Below, in pieces: positions 8,487 through 17,319 of a stretch of 64,000 nt of DNA. Position numbers and translations under genes: made by a program. The notes beneath the pieces are model-generated. The model saw nothing but the letters and a program-made list of their open reading frames with translations. It did no database searches and was not told where the DNA came from. Origin of the DNA: an uncultured Candidatus Bathyarchaeia archaeon (lineage in GTDB: Archaea > Thermoproteota > Bathyarchaeia > Bathyarchaeales > Bathycorpusculaceae); assembly GCA_964399235.1 (NCBI GenBank), contig CAYNQC010000002.1:3224-67223 (forward strand). The letters are read 5' to 3'. Each line of letters starts with the position of its first letter. The first letter of the stretch is position 1.

Positions 8487-8896
8487 AACGTCTCTTGTAT
8501 CAGTGTCTTAAGTAGCGATGTTGCATATGGAAACTCTACTGACATTCCATGCATAATATATTCCGCAAAGTCGGCCAGAACCCGGCAGTGCAAGTAATGG
8601 GCGCCATGCGCCTCGATGGCCTCGCGAGTGACGGCATCCATGAGCCCCGTTGAGGGGCATGTAGAGGCGGCCTGTAGCCAGCAGGTAACCAGCTTAGGGT
8701 CACCGGTAAAGTCGCTCAGAATGATCACCAGCTTGAGCAGTTCATAGTCAGCGATGCAGTCGAAGCCCGGCTGTTCGTAGTACGCTTCTCGGTACTGCAA
8801 AATGCCATCACCCTCCAGGAGGATATTAGGCTGCAGCTTACCAGCCTTGTGGAGACGCTGAATGTCCTCGATGACATGATCAATAACTTTCCGCAT
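8483..8896 (-). CDS. hypothetical protein
   Basis: ATG at 8896 with GAGGAGGG upstream; track start 8941 is TTG. Confidence 0.55.
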   Translation of the reverse strand: MRKVIDHVIEDIQRLHKAGKLQPNILLEGDGILQYREAYYEQPGFDCIADYELLKLVIILSDFTGDPKLVTCWLQAASTCPSTGLMDAVTREAIEAHGAHYLHCRVLADFAEYIMHGMSVEFPYATSLLKTLIQETL

Positions 8897-9284
8897 TCCG
8901 GCCCTCCTCGGTGAGCGAATAATGAGCAGATCTTTTTCCAAAACCAGCCCGCCTGTTAGCTAAATTACGTATCTTCATTTCCTTCCTGAGCAGCCCAAGG
9001 CTAACCAATTCATTACAGCGCCTGATCATGATGTCCTTTTGCATACCCAGAACCTCCTTGAAGTCGTTATGAGTCAACTCCCTGTCTGGATCGTCATGCA
9101 AGGCCGATAAGATGCGTCTGTGGGACCTGATCAGCCTGCCCTGGTAGCGGTCCATCAAGGTGGGCGTTGGTGGTATGTAGGTCAGGTACCCAAACTGCGG
9201 GCCGGCCGCAGCGACCAGACCGGGGTCCTCACCACCGACCAAAAACCCCCGGTAACTGCCAGGCCCATCGTGAACCTGGAGCAT
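8880..9284 (-). CDS. winged-helix (MarR-like) DNA-binding protein
   Basis: C-terminal ...IMIRRCNELVSLGLLRKE... wHTH-like. Confidence 0.45.
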   Translation of the reverse strand: MLQVHDGPGSYRGFLVGGEDPGLVAAAGPQFGYLTYIPPTPTLMDRYQGRLIRSHRRILSALHDDPDRELTHNDFKEVLGMQKDIMIRRCNELVSLGLLRKEMKIRNLANRRAGFGKRSAHYSLTEEGRNAESY

Positions 9285-9286
9285 GC

Positions 9287-10312
9287 TCAGTGATTGCGCT
9301 TATCGCGCTCACGGATGCCCTGCTCACGTAATTCAATGATCATTTGCCGGCTCTCTTCAATGTCCCGTCGCGTGTAGGCGCCAAACAGCTCAACTCGTTT
9401 TTCTTTGGGAATCTCATAGATCAGTTCTGATAGCGGCCGGAGATGTTTCATTGGTTCTTTATTCAAGAAACCCTGGATGGCGCGCTGAATACGCAGGGAG
9501 GCATCCGCTATCTCGGAGTTGCCACGATTAGATCCACGGGCCTTGACCAGCCACTCTGCCAGACGCACTGCCGCAAAGTCTTGTGGCCCCATGATCTCGG
9601 TCAGCACCAAGGCCCGGCAGAATTCGAGCAGCCTCTGCGGATCCGCCCCGTTGAGATGGGCCAGCATGATGTTGTAGCGGACATTGGCATGGGATAGGTA
9701 ACGCTTAGTGGTCCGCATCGCCCCAGCGACAAACATCAGCGACTCCTTGATGGGTTCTGCGGCCAGCCGTTGTTCCCCTGTGCTGAGTTTGCGATTGCGA
9801 TAGATCATCGTGAGGATGGACAGGCAGTTAGGCTTCAGCCAGTGCTCCACTCCTGCGCGAGCATCCGCTATCTCAATCATATCCTCCCGGGTACGATTCC
9901 AACCGGTGTCGATCTTGTCTATTGTTGATGGATTGGCGTTGTAAGCGATCGCTAACCTGAATCGGTTGTCCTGGCTCGCTCCAACCGCCAAGCGGTGCTG
10001 GCCATCGATGAGCAACCCAGTGGTATCGAAGGCGATGGGTTGGTGCGTCAGGTCGAACTGCCCGCTCGCAAACATTCTCTCGAAAAAGAGGTATGAGGCT
10101 GGCTTGAGTGTGCGATTAAATCTGTTAAGGGTTAAAAAGTACCTGGCGACCTCCGGTGTGATCTCCCGCACCACAAAGTACAGGTCTTTCCTGGAGGGGT
10201 CATTCCCGATATTCCCTACCCGTGGATGAAACATTTCTTCGGTGGGAATAGCGTAGTTCTCCTCCTCGGTTCCGGTGATTCTCTTTGCCCGCATATCATC
10301 AATCTTGTTCAT
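9287..10312 (-). CDS. ParB/sulfiredoxin-fold protein with DGQHR motif
   Basis: GLLIDGQHRLAVG motif; start MNKIDD at 10312 in ATGA overlap. Confidence 0.7.
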   Translation of the reverse strand: MNKIDDMRAKRITGTEEENYAIPTEEMFHPRVGNIGNDPSRKDLYFVVREITPEVARYFLTLNRFNRTLKPASYLFFERMFASGQFDLTHQPIAFDTTGLLIDGQHRLAVGASQDNRFRLAIAYNANPSTIDKIDTGWNRTREDMIEIADARAGVEHWLKPNCLSILTMIYRNRKLSTGEQRLAAEPIKESLMFVAGAMRTTKRYLSHANVRYNIMLAHLNGADPQRLLEFCRALVLTEIMGPQDFAAVRLAEWLVKARGSNRGNSEIADASLRIQRAIQGFLNKEPMKHLRPLSELIYEIPKEKRVELFGAYTRRDIEESRQMIIELREQGIRERDKRNH

Positions 10313-10671
10313 ACAACATCTCCGCACTGCTGTTTTAGGTTGGGCAATGTAACGGTCACCAGCCGCTCATATGCCTCTTGGTTATGCTCCTGCAAGATGG
10401 GGGCTAAACGCTCCAAGGCATCAATATTGTCCAGCATGTACCGCATATTGATGACCTGGTCCTCGCGCATGGCGGGGTCTTTCGCTCCGCTGTATTTGTA
10501 GCTCCACGCCTTCATGGCGGCGATCTTGCACTGTCCCTGGTAAATCTTTCCTGTTGCCCTCTCGATCCGCTCCCAGGTCACAACCCCATCCTTGATGTCG
10601 ACCACGGTACGTTTTAGCCCCGACAGATTCCGATAGCTGTTCCCGATCAGAATTAAGAATTTCGCGCCCAT
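10309..10671 (-). CDS. hypothetical protein
   Basis: ATG at 10671 preceded by GGTGGAG. Confidence 0.55.
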   Translation of the reverse strand: MGAKFLILIGNSYRNLSGLKRTVVDIKDGVVTWERIERATGKIYQGQCKIAAMKAWSYKYSGAKDPAMREDQVINMRYMLDNIDALERLAPILQEHNQEAYERLVTVTLPNLKQQCGDVV

Positions 10672-10713
10672 TTCTCCACCCACTATAAACTGTTATTCAG
10701 AATCTGAGCAAGC

Positions 10714-10968
10714 TCAGAATTGTGCCTCCCGATAACGCCGGCGTTGCTCCATTTTTGCATCATGATTTCTATGCATAAATACAACCACCACCATCCTGCG
10801 CACCAATGGCTGCCACTCTTCTGGGGTGACCTTCCCCAATGCTGTCCGGCGATCCTCCACGCTCTCCAGCGCGCATATCTCGGCAACCCAATGCCTCGGG
10901 GCTTTGCTGCCCAGGTTGGAGCCTGGCGGGGATTTGTGGGCGGCCGGCGGGGTGTATTTCTTTTTCAT
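10714..10968 (-). CDS. hypothetical basic protein
   Basis: Start MKKKYTPP at 10968. Confidence 0.45.
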   Translation of the reverse strand: MKKKYTPPAAHKSPPGSNLGSKAPRHWVAEICALESVEDRRTALGKVTPEEWQPLVRRMVVVVFMHRNHDAKMEQRRRYREAQF

Positions 10969-11147
10969 GCCGGGGCTACCTCGAAGAAGAGGCCGACCCC
11001 TAGAATGGTGATGGTAATCAAGCGCCGGTGCGCCCATGGCTGACGCAACACCTTCACGCTGAACACATTGTGGTGCCTGAAAATGTGCGTCCACATTCCA
11101 GGAGTCCACAGATTAACCTGTCCCAGGTACCTAAAACGCATCTTCAT
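10965..11147 (-). CDS. hypothetical small protein
   Basis: Fills gap; stop overlaps next ATG (ATGA); weak. Confidence 0.3.
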   Translation of the reverse strand: MKMRFRYLGQVNLWTPGMWTHIFRHHNVFSVKVLRQPWAHRRLITITILGVGLFFEVAPA

Positions 11148-11406
11148 CATCGGTCTCCACGTAGCCCCGCATGGCTGGATCCTGCACGCGCTTGGGTCCG
11201 TGTTTGGGTGGGTACATGTCCTCCAGCTTGACTCCGCACTGGTGCATAGCCTCGCGCCAGCGCTCCTCGCATTCCTCGGTCCAGCCGTATTCAGCCAGGA
11301 AGCGCATATCGATGTCATACAGGGATTCCCCGTTCTCGATAGCCTCATTGATCGCCTGGGTGTACAGGGGGCCATAGGGGATGGCGCGGCGAGGATCCAT
11401 GTTCAT
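11131..11406 (-). CDS. hypothetical acidic protein
   Basis: Start MNMDPRR at 11406, ATGA overlap with upstream stop. Confidence 0.55.
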   Translation of the reverse strand: MNMDPRRAIPYGPLYTQAINEAIENGESLYDIDMRFLAEYGWTEECEERWREAMHQCGVKLEDMYPPKHGPKRVQDPAMRGYVETDDEDAF

Positions 11407-11993
11407 GTGACTACCCCAAACACCCACAGACTAACCAACAGCCCAAGTATGGCGCCCCTGATAGCCTCGTGAGTGTCATACCACCAGCCAACCATAGTCG
11501 GGTTTTTGGCGGACCTTAACATGCCCCGCTTGGTAATCATCGCCGCCGTTACTAAGCTGATGGGAATTGAGATCATGCTGATCAGTGCGGCCTTAACGTT
11601 TAACAACAGGCAGGGCGCCGTACACCCACCCCAAATGAGCCCCCGCACCACAACAGACGCAAAGGGCCTCTGCGGGAGAGAGCCAAACTGCCACCATTCC
11701 TTGTTGAGAGATTGGACCTGGCCACGGAAATAATCTCCAAAGGGGACGGCCCAGCCGATGCTGATGCCCGCCGTAAAGCAAAGGGTGTACATTGCCAGGA
11801 AATATAGATTCGATAGGCCGGTCTCATCGCCCCCCGCCGCCACCACCACTAATCCGCCCCCGACAGCCATCCCATAGAGCACCTGGAAAAGCGCTTTGGT
11901 GCCCGGCAGATAGCCGCTGCCGCGAAACCTATCCAGGGTGGAGCAGGCAATGGTAAAAACTAAGCAAAACAACGTATAAAGTAGGATTTTCAT
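11403..11993 (-). CDS. polytopic membrane protein
   Basis: 196 aa with about 5-6 hydrophobic segments. Confidence 0.6.
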   Translation of the reverse strand: MKILLYTLFCLVFTIACSTLDRFRGSGYLPGTKALFQVLYGMAVGGGLVVVAAGGDETGLSNLYFLAMYTLCFTAGISIGWAVPFGDYFRGQVQSLNKEWWQFGSLPQRPFASVVVRGLIWGGCTAPCLLLNVKAALISMISIPISLVTAAMITKRGMLRSAKNPTMVGWWYDTHEAIRGAILGLLVSLWVFGVVT

Positions 11994-12949
11994 GATAATT
12001 TTTTCTCCTGTTTGCGGTTGTATTCGTGTTCGGCATGTGCCCGGTAGAATTCGATATCGCCACGCGGAAACTCCCCATTGGCACGATCGTCTGCCAGCAA
12101 CATATCCAGGTCAGCGTCAACGTGAGCCTCTACAACGTCTCTCTCTGCCTTACCCGCAGGGTACTGGCTCCACATCGCTTCCATGGCCGCAGCGACCGTC
12201 TCCGTGTCTCTGACGGGGTGTATGAGCTGCCTGGGCGGGGGTTCATTGGCCAAGCCCTTCCCTGGCATCCCCAGCAGCTTCCGGATCCGCCCCAGCTCCC
12301 GTTTAGCCACGCTATTGTCGCGGTTGGTGCGGGCCAGATGCTCGAGCACTTTGGTGACTCCATTCCCCAACCCATTAGCGCCCGATAAACGTGGAGCCTG
12401 GCTAACTGCTGGCGCATCCATCAGGGTGGCCGCATAGGCATCAGGGATCCTGCCTGCGTCACGGGCAGCTATGACCGCCGCAGCGCGGCCTACAGCATCT
12501 TCTCCCAGGCTGGCAGACCATTGGGTAGGCGTGCCCGCAGATCGGGCTACTTTGAGGTGCTTGGCATAGACCTCCTTGAAAGTCATCCGGGCAGCAGTCT
12601 CATTGCCTATCTCCATCAATGGCTCGGCAATTCCCCAGGCGGCGGCCATCTCGTCGGTCCAGCACACCGTGGCGGCATCGGTCTTTGGGATGAGCGCCCA
12701 GGCTTCCTCAACTCCAGGCCGGCCGTCCTTGCTTTGGATGATTCCAATGATGTCCCCTGGCTTGGGAGGGAAAGGGGCCTTTGCTGGGTCTTTCAGGTAT
12801 TCCTTGAATGCGGCCATGATTTCATTGAATGGTATAGCCTCCAGCAGGGAGAGCCAGAAGTCTACTGTGTTTGGCTTGCATTCCTTGCCATAGGCATCCA
12901 TGGTCGCGGTCAACAGATGGGTAAAGGAGTCGGTGTCTTGAACGTTCAT
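11990..12949 (-). CDS. replication-module protein (function unknown)
   Basis: 319-aa ORF immediately downstream of replisome organiser; position only. Confidence 0.5.
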   Translation of the reverse strand: MNVQDTDSFTHLLTATMDAYGKECKPNTVDFWLSLLEAIPFNEIMAAFKEYLKDPAKAPFPPKPGDIIGIIQSKDGRPGVEEAWALIPKTDAATVCWTDEMAAAWGIAEPLMEIGNETAARMTFKEVYAKHLKVARSAGTPTQWSASLGEDAVGRAAAVIAARDAGRIPDAYAATLMDAPAVSQAPRLSGANGLGNGVTKVLEHLARTNRDNSVAKRELGRIRKLLGMPGKGLANEPPPRQLIHPVRDTETVAAAMEAMWSQYPAGKAERDVVEAHVDADLDMLLADDRANGEFPRGDIEFYRAHAEHEYNRKQEKKLS

Positions 12950-12963
12950 AATGATTCCCCTGG

Positions 12964-13986
12964 TTAATTTCTTTGCTCAAAAAATGGATTGATTACCTTT
13001 GAATCGGCTTCTTGCGCGGCCATCCTTGCGAGCATTCGGCGGTGCATCTCTGCCCTGGTTTCTGCCATCTGGGATTCCTCACGCTGCGCCTTGGTTGGCC
13101 ATAGGGCTGGCGGAGGAGAGGCTGGGACGAGCTGCTTGGAAACGACTGCCCACTCAAGGTTGAAATGCAAGTCCGGCCCAAAGAAGGTTGCCGCTTGCTT
13201 GACGAATTTCGTCCCAATCATCTTCTCGGCTTGGCAGTAAGCCAGATATCGCTTGGTTCCCTCCAAGAGGGCCTCTTCCTTGAACCCCTGATTGAGCCGT
13301 GCTTTCCATGCCTTCCATGCCGAGCGCTTGTTGTCGCTGGTGTGTCGCGTTGGATACACAACCCAGGCTTCCAAAAACATGGGCGAGAAGTCGAACTCAC
13401 TCGTCTCGGCGTCCGCTTTAGCGGGCGGCGTGACAATATCTTTTTCCTTATCTTGTGCTTTTTCTTTCAGGCCATCTAAATCTTTAAGACCGTCTATAGG
13501 AACAGGCTTCTTGCCGTTTAACGAAGTAGTTCTGTTTTCTGTTTCTGTTTCTGTATCTGTTTCTGTATCTGTATCTGTTTCTGTATCTGGGGCGTTTCTG
13601 AAACGTTTCAGAAGCGTTTCATCAGGCGCTTCATATAACCCATCAGATTGACCTAACCTATCTGATTTATCTCTGAATTTCTTAACCCGAGGGGTTGATG
13701 TGTCGCTTATAAATTGGCGCTTATTCCAAGAAAATATTTGCCAATTTTCATCAATTAATCCAGAAAAAATGAGCGTTTTTTTAACTTTTTCTGCCTTTTT
13801 TTCAGATAATCCGAGGGCTTTTAGCATCATTTTTTCTTTGACTGCCGGGGCCACATCCCGGTCGATTATCCCCGTACACTTAGCGCAGAGTATTGCGATG
13901 AAGTGTCGTTGGTCCTCAAAGCTGAGGGCTTGCATAACGGGGTCAGTGGCGAATTCTGCGTGTAGGCGAAACCAGGGCTGGCTCAT
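12964..13986 (-). CDS. replisome organiser / replication initiator-like protein
   Basis: N-terminus WFRLHAEFATDPVMQALSFEDQRHFIAILC resembles phage replisome-organiser N-domains; ATG 13986 with GGAGGG SD; iterons upstream. Confidence 0.6.
   Translation of the reverse strand: MSQPWFRLHAEFATDPVMQALSFEDQRHFIAILCAKCTGIIDRDVAPAVKEKMMLKALGLSEKKAEKVKKTLIFSGLIDENWQIFSWNKRQFISDTSTPRVKKFRDKSDRLGQSDGLYEAPDETLLKRFRNAPDTETDTDTETDTETETENRTTSLNGKKPVPIDGLKDLDGLKEKAQDKEKDIVTPPAKADAETSEFDFSPMFLEAWVVYPTRHTSDNKRSAWKAWKARLNQGFKEEALLEGTKRYLAYCQAEKMIGTKFVKQAATFFGPDLHFNLEWAVVSKQLVPASPPPALWPTKAQREESQMAETRAEMHRRMLARMAAQEADSKVINPFFEQRN
13530..13590. repeat. ten tandem WWCTGT hexamers inside the replisome-organiser gene
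   Basis: ttctgt tttctgt ttctgt ttctgt atctgt ttctgt atctgt atctgt ttctgt atctgg; encodes a (T/D/E)n linker TETDTDTETDTETETE. Confidence 0.85.
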
Positions 13987-14070
13987 GACACCACCCTCCG
14001 ACTGTTCTTTTGCCATTGGTGGTCAGCCCTCTGAGCTGTTGGTGGATTGACTTTACTGCGTGTTTTAGAT

Positions 14071-14180
14071 ATCATTGATATGCGTCCCTTGTTCATGGAA
14101 TGATTTGCGCCTCCGGTCATGGATATGCCCTTTCGGTCATTGATTGATTTGCACCTTCGGTCATTGATTGATTGCACCTC
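14071..14180. repeat. five iteron-like direct repeats (core TCATKGAT, last two nearly identical, 23-24-mers)
   Basis: tcggtcattgattgatttgcacct (14133-14156) and tcggtcattgattgattgcacctc (14157-14180), plus degenerate copies at about 14071, 14092 and 14114; spacing 20-24 bp. Confidence 0.75.
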
Positions 14181-14292
14181 TGTTTTTGGCTGGACTTGCT
14201 CTCTACTGTGGACATTAGGTCGTCTCCGTTGTGTGTTGGGTTTGGGCAGGTCTGGTTAACCTGCCGGTTCAGTGTTTCCTAGGTTGTTGAGT

Positions 14293-14323
14293 GCCCGTCA
14301 ATCCGTTGATGGGCATTTTTTTT
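14293..14323 (+). terminator. rho-independent terminator, plus strand
   Basis: gcccgtcaa-tccg-ttgatgggc stem (9 bp incl. one G.U) followed by A + T8. Confidence 0.6.
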
Positions 14324-14345
14324 GCCTCCTGGCAGGCTTCCAGCC

Positions 14346-14389
14346 AAAAAAAGCCCCACCCAGACTGAACTGGTCAACCTGAGCGGGGC
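14346..14389 (-). terminator. rho-independent terminator, minus strand (downstream of Cro-like gene)
   Basis: Minus strand GCCCCGCTCAGG...TCTGGGTGGGGC stem followed by T7. Confidence 0.55.
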
Positions 14390-14529
14390 CGTCCCCACAA
14401 CTGGTGCCCCCTTGAGGCGTAAGGAGATACCTCTGGGGGCGTCCTGAACTTGGGTTTTTTGATGCTAGCCTGCGCTAGCTGAGTGATGCCGGGGAACCCA
14501 AGCCTTCCGATATACCCCTTCCCGCACTA

Positions 14530-14739
14530 CTAAAACCCTTTCCTTGGCTGCCTGATGGCTGCCTGAAAGCTCCCTCTCGTAAGAATATGGAGTTGATACT
14601 GCCGCGCCTCGGGAATGATACCGCCCCATTGAGACACAGCCGCTCTTGAAATTCCTAGCACGCGGGCAAGGGATGACTGGGAGTTAATCCGCTGCCCCTT
14701 GATGATCGGCCGCTGTTTGATTAAATCTTTGACTTTCAT
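14530..14739 (-). CDS. Cro/YdaS-like HTH repressor (69 aa)
   Basis: SQSSLARVLGISRAAVSQWGGIIPEARQYQL HTH; ATG 14739 has no SD and sits 6 nt after a -10-like TATACA. Confidence 0.7.
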   Translation of the reverse strand: MKVKDLIKQRPIIKGQRINSQSSLARVLGISRAAVSQWGGIIPEARQYQLHILTRGSFQAAIRQPRKGF

Positions 14740-14745
14740 GATTGC

Positions 14746-14808
14746 TGTATAGCACGATTCGAAATTAATGTAAAGTGTCGTTGACAAGCGTGATAATCAT
14801 GATACAGT
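14746..14808. promoter_or_regulatory. divergent sigma70-like promoters of the switch region
   Basis: Plus: TTGACA (14781-86), 16 nt, TACAGT (14803-08). Minus: TTTACA (14774-69), 17 nt, TATACA (14751-46). Palindrome ATCATGAT in the plus-strand spacer. Confidence 0.4.
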
Positions 14809-14847
14809 CCTTCTGCATTATCAATAACTTTTTCAAGGCGGCGCTTC

Positions 14848-15180
14848 ATGAATATTTTTATCTGCTCCTCGTTCTCGCTGCTGTCGCTGGATCGGGACAG
14901 TCAGGGCAACCCTCCATGGGCACTATCGCCCTGCCGGAGCCCGTACCCGATCTGTAATCCTGCAAGGTGGGTTGCCCAGCACTGGCCGGCAATACTCACA
15001 TCATACGTCGTGGATACGGACATCGCTAAGCATATGAGTGACGTCTTGGGCGTGATAGTTCTGGTCGCCCCCCCGACCCGCAAACTGAAGCTCCCCCCAC
15101 TCACTATAGCTGAAGATACCGAGACCCTGGCGCTGATCGGAATCCTGGTTGGTGATGACTTTGAGTGGTGGGCGATGTGA
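14848..15180 (+). CDS. hypothetical protein (weak)
   Basis: 110-aa ORF, third positions GC-rich like other genes, but odd N-terminus and no SD. Confidence 0.3.
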   Translation: MNIFICSSFSLLSLDRDSQGNPPWALSPCRSPYPICNPARWVAQHWPAILTSYVVDTDIAKHMSDVLGVIVLVAPPTRKLKLPPLTIAEDTETLALIGILVGDDFEWWAM

Positions 15181-15356
15181 CCCCGGAGATTATGGGCGCG
15201 GCCGTACACATGGCCAGGATACATGCGGATTTCTTCCGCGATCGGGGGGATCTGGTGCTGGAGGCTGAGTGGCGCTCCACCGAGCGTTACTGGCGGGCCA
15301 AGTTGGTGGTGGTGGTGTATCAGCGGCGGATAGCGAATCGGAGGACACAGCAATGA
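15165..15356 (+). CDS. hypothetical protein
   Basis: 63-aa ORF, GTG start, stop overlaps next ATG. Confidence 0.4.
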   Translation: MVGDVTPEIMGAAVHMARIHADFFRDRGDLVLEAEWRSTERYWRAKLVVVVYQRRIANRRTQQ

Positions 15357-15577
15357 GTATCCTTGAAAGCAGCGTAGTACTGTTGGGGCCATCGGGTGGG
15401 AGTATCGAGATCTTCTACCGGCGCCATGAGGATGCCAGTATCGAGTTGGTCTCGGTCATGATCGGTTGCGAGGTGACTCGCCTGGATGCGCTACCCATGC
15501 TGGATGCCGGGCTTGTCGAGAGAGTCAGGCAGTGGGTAGAGGAGAGGGTTGCTGAGAATTTGGGGGGGCTCGCGTGA
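15353..15577 (+). CDS. hypothetical protein
   Basis: ATG 15353 in ATGA overlap, GGAGGA SD at about 15340. Confidence 0.5.
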   Translation: MSILESSVVLLGPSGGSIEIFYRRHEDASIELVSVMIGCEVTRLDALPMLDAGLVERVRQWVEERVAENLGGLA

Positions 15578-16347
15578 TCATCTATGACCTGCCATCAGAA
15601 GACTATTTCCGGCTCCCGGCGCTCTCGCAAAGCGGGCTGAAGGCGCTGATGAAGTCCCCCGCCCACTACCACTGGGCCTCCAGGCATCCCAACGAAAACA
15701 GTAGTACGCCTGCCAAAACGCAAGGACGTGATTTGCATTGTGCGATTCTGGAGCCAGAGCGTTTCCTGCGAACCTACGCAAGAGGCCCAAATGTATCCAA
15801 AAGTACGCTGTTATGGAAAAACGAGTGTGCAAATACTGATAAAATATTACTCAAACCGGATGAGTACGATTTATGCATGTACATTAATGATAGTATCCAA
15901 AAGAACTACTCAGCCAGGGAATTGCTGGGCTCTCCACTGGATACGGAGGTCACCGCGACCTGGGATTACAGGGGGGTACCCTGCCGGGGGCGGGCGGATG
16001 CGAAGCTCAGGGACTTGGGGGTACTGCTTGATTTGAAGAGCGCCCAGGATGCCTGTAAGCGAGAGGCTGCCCGCTCCATCAAGCGGTACCGGTACCACTG
16101 GCAGGCTGCCTGGTATCTCGATGGATTCAACTGGGCAGGGCCGGAAAGGGAGATCGAGCAGTTCGTGTTTATCTTTTTTGAGAAGCTGCCGCCTCACGGG
16201 GTGGGAGTTTATGAGCTGTCGGGGGAGATCCTTGACGAGGGCCGCCGGCGGCGCGAAGAGGGGCTGGACCTGTACTTAGCCTGTAAGGAGACCGGGGTAT
16301 GGCCAGCCTACAGTGAATATCTTGAAATGATTGAGGTGCTCGAATGA
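15574..16347 (+). CDS. PD-(D/E)XK exonuclease (RecE/Cas4-like recombination exonuclease)
   Basis: GRADAK...VLLDLKS D...(D/E)xK arrangement; directly coupled to recT. Confidence 0.7.
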   Translation: MIIYDLPSEDYFRLPALSQSGLKALMKSPAHYHWASRHPNENSSTPAKTQGRDLHCAILEPERFLRTYARGPNVSKSTLLWKNECANTDKILLKPDEYDLCMYINDSIQKNYSARELLGSPLDTEVTATWDYRGVPCRGRADAKLRDLGVLLDLKSAQDACKREAARSIKRYRYHWQAAWYLDGFNWAGPEREIEQFVFIFFEKLPPHGVGVYELSGEILDEGRRRREEGLDLYLACKETGVWPAYSEYLEMIEVLE

Positions 16348-17165
16348 GTCAGCTAGACAACATCAGATCGGATAGGACGCTAGTCATTTTCAATAAGATT
16401 GAAAAGAACGCCAAGGAATTGGCCAACGCCAGTCCACGCTTTGCCGCCGAGGCGGGGCGCATAGCCAGGATTGCCAAGAACGCGGTCAGGAGCAATATGC
16501 AATTAGCGGACTGCGAGCTGCAGTCGGTGCTTGCTTCGGTAGCCGTCGCTGCCCAGATGGGGTTGGAGATTAATGTCAACGGGCAGGCATATCTGGTCCC
16601 CTACAAGGGGCGCTGCACACTGATTCCTGGCTGGAAGGGGTTGCTCTCGCTGGTGGGTAGGACCGGGCAGGCGGTCGCCTGGACTGGGGTGGTGCGGGAT
16701 GGCGAGACCTGCGTCTACAGCCGGGGTAGCGATCCAAAAATAGAGATTTTCGGGGAGGCCCCGGATGACGCCGAGATTAATGCTTATTATGCGGTCGGGC
16801 GAGTTCGTGACCTGCAGTGGCCAATCGTCGAGAAGTGGTCGGCAGAGAAATGCATTGCCCACAGAAATCGTTATAACAAAGTTGGTGCAAGACATTACTC
16901 GTACCAGCACTTTGAGATGTATGCCAGAAAAGTGGTGCTGCTTCAGGTGCTTAAGTATTTACCCAGCTCTACAGAGCTGACCATCATGAGCAATCTTGAG
17001 TATGCAGCCCAGGCCGGCAAGCAGGATCTAAATTTCAGCAATATCGATGATGTGCTGGATGGTTCTTTTGATGTCACTGAAGATGAGGCTGCCCCTGAAG
17101 AGGCCGCGACGGATGAGGCTCCAAGTGAGGCTCAAGGAAGCGCCCCTTTCGGGACCGTGGGTTGA
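16344..17165 (+). CDS. recT: RecT-family single-strand annealing recombinase
   Basis: QMGLEINVNGQAYLVPYKGRCTLIPGWKGLLSLVGRTGQ is RecT-like; ATGA coupling to exonuclease. Confidence 0.85.
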   Translation: MSQLDNIRSDRTLVIFNKIEKNAKELANASPRFAAEAGRIARIAKNAVRSNMQLADCELQSVLASVAVAAQMGLEINVNGQAYLVPYKGRCTLIPGWKGLLSLVGRTGQAVAWTGVVRDGETCVYSRGSDPKIEIFGEAPDDAEINAYYAVGRVRDLQWPIVEKWSAEKCIAHRNRYNKVGARHYSYQHFEMYARKVVLLQVLKYLPSSTELTIMSNLEYAAQAGKQDLNFSNIDDVLDGSFDVTEDEAAPEEAATDEAPSEAQGSAPFGTVG

Positions 17166-17177
17166 GAGAGTCTTACG

Positions 17178-17319
17178 GGTAAGGATGGGCATGGCAAGCC
17201 GTGGCGGGGGCTGGGCGGGTCGGGTTAGGTAGGTTTGGGCGGGGCGTGGTGGGGCCGGGTAGTCCAAGGTGCGGGACGGTCTGGGATGGGTTGGCAAGGC
17301 TAGGCGAGGCGAGGGCTTT
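17178..17319 (+). repeat. (GGNNN)n pentamer array A1
   Basis: 28 pentamers in one register, 25 start with GG; ends 2 nt before ATG 17320. Confidence 0.9.

Noticed and set aside
9287-10312. ParB-like gene as evidence for a plasmid-prophage lifestyle, or temperate markers in general
   Set aside because: No integrase, ParA, CI-type S24 repressor or att-like site was found. A lone ParB/DGQHR-fold protein is common in lytic phages too.
10683-10886. 67-aa Trp/Arg-rich minus ORF
   Set aside because: It overlaps the better-supported 10714-10968 ORF in another frame, has no SD and has implausible composition.
14901-15392. 163-aa minus-strand ORF opposite the first plus-strand early genes
   Set aside because: It is His/Pro-rich and motif-free, and would oppose the coupled plus-strand ORF chain that leads into the exonuclease and recT genes.
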